A stretch of DNA of 64,000 bases from Alphaproteobacteria bacterium (GTDB lineage: Bacteria; Pseudomonadota; Alphaproteobacteria; Bin95), in contig OZ219785.1 of NCBI GenBank assembly GCA_964291285.2, forward strand, positions 992,001 to 1,056,000, read 5' to 3'. Under the pieces are notes generated by a model that did not search any database, had not been told where the DNA came from, and saw only the letters and a list, made by a program, of their open reading frames with translations. Shown one piece after another: positions 1 to 7,194 of the stretch; position 1 is the stretch's first letter; each line of letters opens with the position of its first letter. The translations under genes were made by a program, and so were the position numbers.

Positions 1-378
1 GTTGGGGTCGCCCAGGCCCGGGAAGGCGACCTCGTCCCATCCCGCGCCGACCGCGTAGCCGGCATCGTCGAAATAGCCGTGGACGCCCGCCTGGGCATGG
101 CCGATCACCGGAATGGTGCTCGCCGGCGCCCCCTCGCGCCGCAATTGCTCGCCGAACAGCCCCGAAACGCCGCAGCCGGTCGCTGCCATCGCCTTGGAAA
201 TGCTCTCCGTACTGGGCCAGCGCGGCCGCCCGCCCCTGGTGGTCCGCTTGCTGCGGTTGAAGGTGGTGGCATCCAGCCCCGAGCGTTTGGCGAGTCCGGA
301 TACCGACAGGCCGTGACGGTCCGCCAGCGCGTCGATCGCGGCCCAGACTTCGGAATGGGTCAGCATGGAATTCATCAT
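1..378 (-). CDS. XRE/HTH transcriptional repressor, probably with a C-terminal S24 peptidase (3' end lies outside the window)
   Basis: Own minus-strand translation, not in the ORF track: M(MNSM)LTHSEVWAAIDALADRHGLSVSGLAKRSGLDATTFNRSKR...RPRWPSTESISKA, then IPVIGHAQAG..GYFDDAGYAVG.GWDEV. This is typical of alphaproteobacterial HTH-S24 repressors. Start at ATG 378 or 366. Confidence 0.8.
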   Translation of the reverse strand, partial: MMNSMLTHSEVWAAIDALADRHGLSVSGLAKRSGLDATTFNRSKRTTRGGRPRWPSTESISKAMAATGCGVSGLFGEQLRREGAPASTIPVIGHAQAGVHGYFDDAGYAVGAGWDEVAFPGLGDPN

Positions 379-392
379 AGGCACAAATCCGC

Positions 393-446
393 TTGACATG
401 CACTAGGAATTTGACCACATACGGAAAATCGGAACATTCAAAGAAC
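393..446 (+). promoter_or_regulatory. Putative sigma70 promoter (-35 TTGACA at 393-398) with a LexA/SOS-type box GAAC-ATTCAAA-GAAC at 432-446
   Basis: Exact match to the alphaproteobacterial LexA consensus GAAC-N7-GAAC, 13 nt before the ATG at 460, in an AT-rich divergent intergenic region. Confidence 0.7.
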
Positions 447-459
447 CAAGGGGGGATTC

Positions 460-828
460 ATGCCTGTTCCCGATTTTTCGCGGAGCACCCGCGACGAAAG
501 ACCGTTCAGGAACGCCGAAGAGGCGTGGTTCTGGTTCATGTCCTGGCGCCTCGTGGTCGAGGATGGCGGCGTGCCGGGCCTTGAAGGCCGGGGCCGGCCC
601 TGCACACCGCTCGACATGCTGGCCTGCCTGCGCCGGTTGGTAAAGCCCGGTGTGCTCACCCGGCGGCACCTGCAGGTGCTGACCGGGTTCGGCCGCCGCC
701 TCGAAGCCCCGGCGCACGGGCCGCTGGCCCGGCTCTGGGAGGAGGGCATGGCGCGGCTGGAGGACCTGTTGCGCGCCAAGGGGATCGTTGCCGGCAGAGG
801 CCCGGGACGCCCGGGGATCGCGGCATGA
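460..828 (+). CDS. Hypothetical protein at the head of the phage-like cluster (possible regulator)
   Basis: 122-aa ORF with PFRNAEEAWFWF...RPCTPLD...LWEEGMARLEDLLRAKGIV. G-rich RBS upstream; ATGA overlap with the next gene. Confidence 0.7.
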   Translation: MPVPDFSRSTRDERPFRNAEEAWFWFMSWRLVVEDGGVPGLEGRGRPCTPLDMLACLRRLVKPGVLTRRHLQVLTGFGRRLEAPAHGPLARLWEEGMARLEDLLRAKGIVAGRGPGRPGIAA

Positions 829-1217
829 CGGGCGGTTCCGGGGATGGAGGCGGTTTCGGCGGACCGGCGCTTGCGGTGTTTTCCGGCAAGGCTGACCTCG
901 GCTGGCTCCGGCTGCTCCGGCCGGGATTCCGCCACTGCTTCGTCGCGCTGGAGGAAGCCGGCCGCTGGATCACGGTCGATCCGCTGGCCGGCTATACCGA
1001 CGTCGCGGTGCAGCCCGTGCCGGCGGCTTTCGACCTTGCCGGGTTCTACCGCGAGCGGGGCTTCACCGTGGTCGAGACACGGCGACGGCGGCGCTTCCGG
1101 CCCGCGCCGCTCCTGCCCGCCACCTGCGTCGAAGTGGCCAAGCGGGTGCTCGGCATCGCCTCCTGGCGGGTGCTCACGCCGGGCCAGTTACACGATTTTC
1201 TCCTAAAATATGGGTAA
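825..1217 (+). CDS. Hypothetical protein, possible permuted papain-like (His...Cys) peptidase/amidase
   Basis: 130 aa with GFRHCFVA and TCVEVAKRVLG motifs, His preceding Cys. Translationally coupled to 460-828. Confidence 0.6.
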   Translation: MTGGSGDGGGFGGPALAVFSGKADLGWLRLLRPGFRHCFVALEEAGRWITVDPLAGYTDVAVQPVPAAFDLAGFYRERGFTVVETRRRRRFRPAPLLPATCVEVAKRVLGIASWRVLTPGQLHDFLLKYG

Positions 1218-1233
1218 TGTTTCTCTTATATAC

Positions 1234-1261
1234 TTGACAAATGAAAAACATGGGGTAGTAT
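1234..1261 (+). promoter_or_regulatory. Putative sigma70 promoter for the portal gene
   Basis: TTGACA (1234-1239), 16-nt spacer, TAGTAT (1256-1261) in an AT-rich patch. RBS GAGGGA before ATG 1287. Confidence 0.5.
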
Positions 1262-1286
1262 GCAGGTGAACATGAGGGAAACACAC

Positions 1287-2819
1287 ATGATTGCCGAAAC
1301 ACCGGATCCGGAAGCGCTGCTGGCGGGATACCGCCGCGGCGAGGCCCGGCGGCGTCCCTGGGAGGCGCTCTGGCGCGACTGCGCGACCCATGCCCTGCCT
1401 TACGGCGCGGACGGGGCGGTCAATGGCGATGGCGGCGCCGCCAGGCGCATCTATGACGCAACGGCCGCCGATGCCGCGGAGCAGCTTGCCGCCAGCCTGC
1501 TCGCCGAACTCACCCCGCCCTTCGAGCGCTGGGTCGGCTTCGAGCCGGGGATCGGGGCCGGTCCCGAGGCCGCCGATGCACTGGAAGCCGCCGCCGGCAC
1601 CGTGCAGGGCCATCTCGACCGCTCCGCCTTCGCAGTCGAGATGCACCAGGCGCTGCTGGACCTCGTGGTGCTCGGCACGGGCTGCCTGCTGTTCGAGGAG
1701 AGCGCGGTCGGCGCGGCCTCGGCCTTCCGGTTCACCGCCGTGCCGCTCCGCGAGGCGGTGCTGGAAGAGGGGCCGGAAGGGCGGCTCGACCGGGTGTGGC
1801 GTCGGCGCGAGTTCGGCCCCGCCGCGCTCCGCGCCCGCTTTCCCCGCGCGCCCGTCCCGAGCGGCGAGGGGCCCTTCGGCGTCGTCGAGCGCGTCGCGCC
1901 GGAGCCCAGCGGCGGCGCCGACGCCGCCAATTCGACGAATCGCCGCGTTCCGCGCGGCGGCGGCGCTGACGCCGCCAATTCGACGAATCGCCGCGTTCCG
2001 CGCGGCGGCGGCTACCGTTACCTCGCCGTGCTGGAAGGCGGCGGCGGGCAGGCGGCGCAGTTGCTGGCCGAGGGCCGCTTCGCGGTCTCGCCCTTCATCT
2101 GCTTCCGCTGGCTGAAGGCGCCGGGCGAGGTCTATGGGCGCTCGCCGGTGATGAAGGCGCTGCCCGACATCAAGACCGCCGACAAGGTGGTGGAGCTCGT
2201 CCTGAAAAACGCCTCGATCGCCGCGACCGGCATCTGGCAGGCGGACGATGACGGCGTGCTCGACCCGACGGCGGTGGAGCTGGTGCCGGGCGCGGTCATG
2301 CCGAAGGCGGTGGGCTCGGCGGGGCTGACGCCGCTCGCCGCGCCGGGGCGCTTCGACGTGTCGCAGATCGTGCTGGAGGACCTACGCAAGCGCATCCGCC
2401 ACGCGCTGCTCGCCGACCGGCTGGCCGAGCCCGCGAGCCCGGCCATGACCGCGACCGAGGTGCTGGAGCGCGCGGCGGAGACGGCGAGGCTGCTGGGCGC
2501 AACCTACGGGCGGCTGGAGGCCGAACTGCTGACGCCGCTCATCGGGCGCGCGCTCGCCATACTCGCCCGGCGCGGCGAGGTGCCGGCCTTTGCGCTGGAC
2601 GGGCGGGACGCGGGGCTCCGGCTGCGCTCGCCGCTGGCGCAGGCGGCCGGGCGGCGCGAAGCCGGGGCGGCGCTCACCTGGCTCGGCGCGGTGGCGGGGC
2701 TCGGGCCCGAGGCGCTGGCCGCCGTCGATACCGGCCGCGCCGCGCGCTGGCTCGGCGCCCGCCTCGGCGTGCCGCCCGCCCTGCTGGAGCCGCCGGACCT
2801 GCTGCCCGGCGCGGCCTGA
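1287..2819 (+). CDS. Portal (head-tail connector) protein, podovirus T7 gp8/BPP-1-like
   Basis: Motifs IYDATAADAAEQLAASL, PFICFRWLKAPGEVYGRSPVMKALPDIK and MTATEVLERAAE...LGATYGRL..ELLTPLI. Confidence 0.92.
   Translation: MIAETPDPEALLAGYRRGEARRRPWEALWRDCATHALPYGADGAVNGDGGAARRIYDATAADAAEQLAASLLAELTPPFERWVGFEPGIGAGPEAADALEAAAGTVQGHLDRSAFAVEMHQALLDLVVLGTGCLLFEESAVGAASAFRFTAVPLREAVLEEGPEGRLDRVWRRREFGPAALRARFPRAPVPSGEGPFGVVERVAPEPSGGADAANSTNRRVPRGGGADAANSTNRRVPRGGGYRYLAVLEGGGGQAAQLLAEGRFAVSPFICFRWLKAPGEVYGRSPVMKALPDIKTADKVVELVLKNASIAATGIWQADDDGVLDPTAVELVPGAVMPKAVGSAGLTPLAAPGRFDVSQIVLEDLRKRIRHALLADRLAEPASPAMTATEVLERAAETARLLGATYGRLEAELLTPLIGRALAILARRGEVPAFALDGRDAGLRLRSPLAQAAGRREAGAALTWLGAVAGLGPEALAAVDTGRAARWLGARLGVPPALLEPPDLLPGAA
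1911..2012. repeat. Two tandem 48-bp copies of a REP-like element inserted in frame in the portal gene
   Basis: Encodes (ADAANSTNRRVPRGGG)x2. Shares TCGCCGCGTTCCGCGCGGCGGCGGCGC with the intergenic repeat at 13744-13904. Confidence 0.85.
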
Positions 2820-2847
2820 CGAGGCGAACCGCACCGCAGTTTTCAGG

Positions 2848-2882
2848 CGGGCGGCTCCTCCGGGGGCCGCCCGTTTTCTTTC
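2848..2882 (+). terminator. Intrinsic terminator between the portal and scaffold genes
   Basis: Stem CGGGCGGCTCC / GGGGCCGCCCG with a TCCG loop, followed by TTTTCTTT. Confidence 0.7.
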
Positions 2883-2917
2883 GACCCCTGACGACAATCC
2901 AAAGGAGACACGACCCC

Positions 2918-3598
2918 GTGGAAACGGACATCGAAACCGAAATGGAGACGCCGGTTCGCCCGGACGGCCTGCCGGACGAGTTCTGGGACGCCGACGCCGG
3001 CCAGGTGCGCCTCGGCGAGCTGGTCGGCGCTTACGGGGCCCTGGCCTCGGCAGAACGCCCGCCCGCGAGCCCGGAGGACTACCGGCTCGAGCTGGACGGG
3101 CTGATCGGCGGGCCTGACGCCGAGGCCAACCGGCGGATGCACGAGGCCGGCTTCACCAACGCCCAGGTCCAGCTCGTCTACGACATGGCGTCCTCGCTGC
3201 TGCTGCCGCTGGCGGGCGAGGTCGCGGGCGAACTGGAGCGGGCCGAGCGCGAGGCCCGGCTCGCGGACCGCTATGGCGGCGAGGACGGCTGGCGGCGCGC
3301 GAAAGGCCAGATGGAGGCCTGGGCGGCGGCCAACCTGCCGGCAGGCGTCGGCGCGGCGCTCACCGGCTCGGTCGAGGGCGCGGCGGCGCTGGAGCGGCTG
3401 ATGGATGCGGGCGAGCCCGGCCTCGGCGGCAGCGGCGGCGAACGGCCGGGCGGGGCGGTGACGCTCGACGGCCTGCGCCGCCTCCAGGGCGACCCGCGCT
3501 ACTGGCGCGACCGCGACCCCGCCCTCGTCCGGCAGGTGATGGAGGGCTACCGGCGCCTCTATCCGGGCGAAACCGAAACCGATCCCGGCGAGTCCTGA
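2918..3598 (+). CDS. Capsid assembly (scaffolding) protein
   Basis: Acidic protein with RPDGLPDEFWD, PPASPEDYRL and DPRYWRDRDPALV motifs, located between portal and capsid. RBS AAGGAG upstream. Confidence 0.75.
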   Translation: METDIETEMETPVRPDGLPDEFWDADAGQVRLGELVGAYGALASAERPPASPEDYRLELDGLIGGPDAEANRRMHEAGFTNAQVQLVYDMASSLLLPLAGEVAGELERAEREARLADRYGGEDGWRRAKGQMEAWAAANLPAGVGAALTGSVEGAAALERLMDAGEPGLGGSGGERPGGAVTLDGLRRLQGDPRYWRDRDPALVRQVMEGYRRLYPGETETDPGES

Positions 3599-3624
3599 CG
3601 CGGGCTCGACACACCAACCCTGAA

Positions 3625-5320
3625 CCTAAATCCGGCAGTTGACGAGCTTGATCGCTGTCTCGGGGTAGTGTGAACGGTCGGATTTGGGCGTGGATTTCAG
3701 CACGTGGTCGCGGCCCTGGGTGGCGGCAGCCAGGGTTGACGCCCCGGTTCGCGGCCATGGAGGTATTTCCTGAGCGCCTCGGCGAGGATGCGGCGCCAGC
3801 GATCCCCGGCGCTCAACTGCTCCGCAGTTTGCGTCAGCGACCGGAAGAAGCCGGCGATCCGGCGCAGCGCCGCCATCACCGTCTTGCGACGCCCGTGATG
3901 GGAGGTCACCGTCAGCCGGGTCTGGCCGGCGTGGTGGGTCTGGCGGGCAACCCCGTGCAGGAGCAGCGGCCGGCTGGTGATCGCCTCGCGGTGATGGTCG
4001 GGGTCGGCGAGGCGCACGAACAGGCTCCACCAGTTGTAGATGAGCGCGATCAGCCGGGCCATGTGCCGGCAGCGCGTCAGGTCGCGCGTGGTGAAGCCGC
4101 CCCAACCCCACTGGTTCTTCAACTCGTCGAAGCCGTTCTCCGCGTCCGCCCGGTCGCGGTAGAGCTGGGCCAGCGAGCGTATCTCCAGGTCCAGCGAGGT
4201 CGCCAGCACCGCGAACTCCCACACCCCGGTGCCGGGCTGCGCCTCGGTCCAGAACAGCTCGCCCTGGGCCTTGTCGCCACGCGTCAGCGCCAGCGTCGCA
4301 GGAAGCCGCCGACGCAGCACCACAACCCGGCGCGTCCGGCTCCAGCCCTGCAGACGCAGATCGGCCCCGATCCCCGACCAGCCCTGGCCTGCATCCTCCC
4401 AGCCGTCCCGCACCATCAGCCGCTCGGCAAGCCGGCGCGCCCCCTTCGTCAGGCGCAGCTTGAACAAATAGTCCAGACCCGCAGCCTCGCACGACGCCAT
4501 GTTGGCCTCGCTGCCCCAGTCCTTATCGCCCCGCACCAGACGCGGCCAGCGATCCCGACCGAGACGGTCGAGCAACGCCCACAAGGACGGCGCCGCGCGC
4601 CTCGAATGGTGATGGTTGCCCGGCGCCACCTCGACATCCAGAACAAGCCGCGTGCCCGCCATCAGGAACGCATGGCAGGCATGCGAGGGGCGGCCCGGCT
4701 TCTTCGGGTTGTAGCTCACAACCGCCCCCTCCTGACGACCGTAAAGCGCCTTGATCGTCGTGTCGCAGTCCAGAACCCACGGCTCCCTCAGCAGCGGACG
4801 GACCACCTCGTCCAGATGGCCCTGAAGCCACGATGTGCCGACATCCGCACCGATCCGCTCCAGACCGCGCCGCACCGAATCCTCGCTCGCAACCTTGTCC
4901 ATACCCAGCAGCGCAGGGTTCACCCCGTCGCCGCGCAGCGACGTGATGTGCGCATAGCGAGACTGCCCCGCCAGAACCGACAGAAGAACCGTCCCCAGGA
5001 CATCCCGCTTCGACGGCGCGTTCGGGCTCGTGTAGTGCAGCGGGCAGTCCGCAACCAAAGCGTCAAAGCGACCGCTTACCTTCAGGTATTCCGAGAAAAA
5101 CGCCAGATGCCCCAGCGGCGTCACCGCCGCATCAGGGTCCCATTCCACATGAACCGCGCCGCCGAAGGTGTCCACCTTCACCGACGCTCGGGCGACATCC
5201 CGCACAGCGCCAGGATAATCACCCAAAGGGTGAGCCTCTTCGGCCCCTGAAAAGCCGCTCATACCCGCAGACTACAAGGGATTCGGCAAGGCCAAGCCAT
5301 CCTCAACTGCCGGATTTAGG
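3625..5320 (-). mobile_element. IS1380-family insertion sequence
   Basis: Terminal inverted repeats CCTAAATCCGGCAGTTGA / TCAACTGCCGGATTTAGG. 5-bp target duplication CTGAA at 3620-3624 and 5321-5325. Confidence 0.92.
3697..5262 (-). CDS. IS1380-family DDE transposase
   Basis: LDCDTT...YGRQEGAVVSYNP, LVRGDKDWG and YRDRADAENGFDELK motifs. Confidence 0.9.
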   Translation of the reverse strand: MSGFSGAEEAHPLGDYPGAVRDVARASVKVDTFGGAVHVEWDPDAAVTPLGHLAFFSEYLKVSGRFDALVADCPLHYTSPNAPSKRDVLGTVLLSVLAGQSRYAHITSLRGDGVNPALLGMDKVASEDSVRRGLERIGADVGTSWLQGHLDEVVRPLLREPWVLDCDTTIKALYGRQEGAVVSYNPKKPGRPSHACHAFLMAGTRLVLDVEVAPGNHHHSRRAAPSLWALLDRLGRDRWPRLVRGDKDWGSEANMASCEAAGLDYLFKLRLTKGARRLAERLMVRDGWEDAGQGWSGIGADLRLQGWSRTRRVVVLRRRLPATLALTRGDKAQGELFWTEAQPGTGVWEFAVLATSLDLEIRSLAQLYRDRADAENGFDELKNQWGWGGFTTRDLTRCRHMARLIALIYNWWSLFVRLADPDHHREAITSRPLLLHGVARQTHHAGQTRLTVTSHHGRRKTVMAALRRIAGFFRSLTQTAEQLSAGDRWRRILAEALRKYLHGREPGRQPWLPPPRAATTC

Positions 5321-5348
5321 CTGAAACCACGACAGGAGGACAGGCAAC

Positions 5349-6167
5349 ATGCCCGTCGATCTTTCCCCTTCCTTCATCAAGGCGTTCGAAGGCGAAGTCC
5401 ACAACGCCTATCAGCGCCAGGGCTCCAAGCTCCGCGACACGGTGCGCACGCGCCGCGGCGTGATGGGCTCCAGCGTGACCTTCCGCAAGGTCGGGCGCGG
5501 CGCCGCCGCCACCAAGGCCCGGCACGGCCAGATCCCGGTGATGAACGTCGATCACAGCGCGGTCGAGTGCAATCTCCGCGACTACTATGCCGGCGAGTGG
5601 GTGGACCGGCTCGACGACCTCAAGATCGGCGGCGGCGAGCGCGACACGGTCGCCAAGGCGGGCGCCTATGCGCTCGGCCGCAAGACCGACCAGCTCATCG
5701 CCGCCGCGCTCGACGGCTCGACCAACCATGCCGGCGCCGACACGGACGGGCTGACCAAGGCCAAGGTGCTCACCGCCTTCGAGATGCTCGGCCAGGCCGA
5801 CGTGCCGGACGACGGCGAACGCACCGCCGTCATCGGCTGGAAGCAGTGGTCGGACCTCATGAAGATCGAGGAGTTCGCCAATGCCGACTATGTGGGCGCG
5901 GACGACCTGCCCTGGCGGGGCACCCAGGCCAAGCGCTGGCTCGGCACCCTCTGGCTGCCGCATTCGGGGCTGACGCTCAAGGACTCGGTCCGGCTCTGCC
6001 ACTGGTACCACAAGAGCGCGGTCGGCCACGCCGCCGGCGCGGAAGTCACCACCGACATCACCTGGCACGGCGACCGCGCCGCCTGGTTCGTCGCCAACTG
6101 GATGAGCCAGGGCGCGGCGCTGATCGACGCCGAGGGCGTCGTGACCATGCGCTGCCTCGAAACCTGA
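5349..6167 (+). CDS. Major capsid protein (short, 272 aa)
   Basis: FIKAFEGEVHNAYQRQGSKLRDTVR, DYYAGEWVDRLDDLK and GAYALGRKTDQLI motifs. Strong RBS AGGAGG. Confidence 0.88.
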   Translation: MPVDLSPSFIKAFEGEVHNAYQRQGSKLRDTVRTRRGVMGSSVTFRKVGRGAAATKARHGQIPVMNVDHSAVECNLRDYYAGEWVDRLDDLKIGGGERDTVAKAGAYALGRKTDQLIAAALDGSTNHAGADTDGLTKAKVLTAFEMLGQADVPDDGERTAVIGWKQWSDLMKIEEFANADYVGADDLPWRGTQAKRWLGTLWLPHSGLTLKDSVRLCHWYHKSAVGHAAGAEVTTDITWHGDRAAWFVANWMSQGAALIDAEGVVTMRCLET

Positions 6168-6195
6168 CCGGAACGAAAAGGAGACAACAGAAGCA

Positions 6196-6555
6196 ATGGC
6201 GTCCAAATCCGCGAACCTCTCCGTCCTGGCCTATGCCAACGGCTTCACCTTCTGGCACTACAAGTCCGCCGAGGACGCCGACGGCGACATGGTGGCGGCC
6301 GGCTATTTCGACGCGGCCGCCGACCTGCTCCGCCCCGGCGACATGCTGGCGCTGAACGGCGCGGGCGACAGCGCGGCGCTGGTCCGCGTGTCGTCCAGCC
6401 GCAATGGCAGCGTCGGCGTCGGCTTCACCACCGACTGGGAGACCCAGGCGGCGGTCGCCGACGCGGCCGGCGGGGCGACCGTCGATGCCCAGGCGCGCGC
6501 GGCCGTCAACGCGGTCATCCGCGCGCTCGAACGGGTCGGCGTCCTCGCCGCCTGA
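6196..6555 (+). CDS. Putative head decoration or small virion protein
   Basis: LSVLAYANGFTFWHY...GYFDAAADLLRPGD domain plus a C-terminal VDAQARAAVNAVIRALERVGVLA helix. Directly follows the capsid gene. Confidence 0.55.
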   Translation: MASKSANLSVLAYANGFTFWHYKSAEDADGDMVAAGYFDAAADLLRPGDMLALNGAGDSAALVRVSSSRNGSVGVGFTTDWETQAAVADAAGGATVDAQARAAVNAVIRALERVGVLAA

Positions 6556-6633
6556 CGGACCGGCGGCCGGTGGACGGCATGTCCGCCGGCCGCCACCCGC
6601 CATTCCCCTTCCCCTGCCGAAAGGAGGCCGCCC

Positions 6634-7194
6634 ATGGCGTTGACCGCCGTCCAGATTGCGAGCCAGGCGCTCGTCCGGCTCGGTGCGCTGCCGATTTCCG
6701 ATTTCGCGGAGCCGACCCTCGAGGCGCGCACCGCCGCCGCGCTCTATCCCACGCTCCGCGATACGCTGCTTGCGGGCCATGCCTGGCGTTTCGCCACGGC
6801 CGAGGCGGCGCTTTCACCTGCGGAAGAGCCGCCGCTCGACGGCTTCGCGCATGCCTTCCGGCTGCCGGCCGGTTTCCTGAATGCGCTGGCGGTGGAGGAC
6901 GGGCGCGAGACCGGCTGGCGCATCGCCGGCGGAAGGCTTCACGCGCACACGGCCCGGCTCCGGCTCGCCTATATCTTCCGCGCCGGCGAGGCGGAGTTCC
7001 CGCCCTGGTTCGCGGATGCGCTCGCCGCCCATCTCGCCGCCGCCTTCTGCCTGCCGGTGACGGAGAACACGTCCCGCGCGGAGGCGCTCCAGCGGCTGGC
7101 GGACGCAGCCCTCCGCCGCGCCCGGCGCACGGACGCGCTCCAGGACCCGGCGCGCGCGCCGCTCCGCTTCCCGCTGATCGAGGCCAGGGCATGA
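6634..7194 (+). CDS. Tail tubular protein A / head-tail adaptor (T7 gp11-like)
   Basis: IASQALVRLGALPISDF...LRDTLLAGHAWRFAT...AFRLPAGFL; size and position fit. Confidence 0.8.
   Translation: MALTAVQIASQALVRLGALPISDFAEPTLEARTAAALYPTLRDTLLAGHAWRFATAEAALSPAEEPPLDGFAHAFRLPAGFLNALAVEDGRETGWRIAGGRLHAHTARLRLAYIFRAGEAEFPPWFADALAAHLAAAFCLPVTENTSRAEALQRLADAALRRARRTDALQDPARAPLRFPLIEARA

Noticed and set aside
1219-1233. Second LexA box before the portal gene (GTTT-N7-ATAC)
   Set aside because: Too many mismatches to GTTC-N7-GTTC to call without a position-weight-matrix scan.
1227-1238. TATATACTTGAC shared between the portal promoter and the IS1595 left end
   Set aside because: Only 12 nt centred on a -35 hexamer, with no second end or target duplication; probably coincidence.
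3670-5250. Long antisense ORFs (e.g. 3670-5250, 6969-9074, 34917-37445, 40699-43440) as overlapping genes
   Set aside because: These are shadow frames expected at this GC content, with Arg/Pro/Gly-rich translations and no motifs, lying opposite or overlapping well-supported genes.
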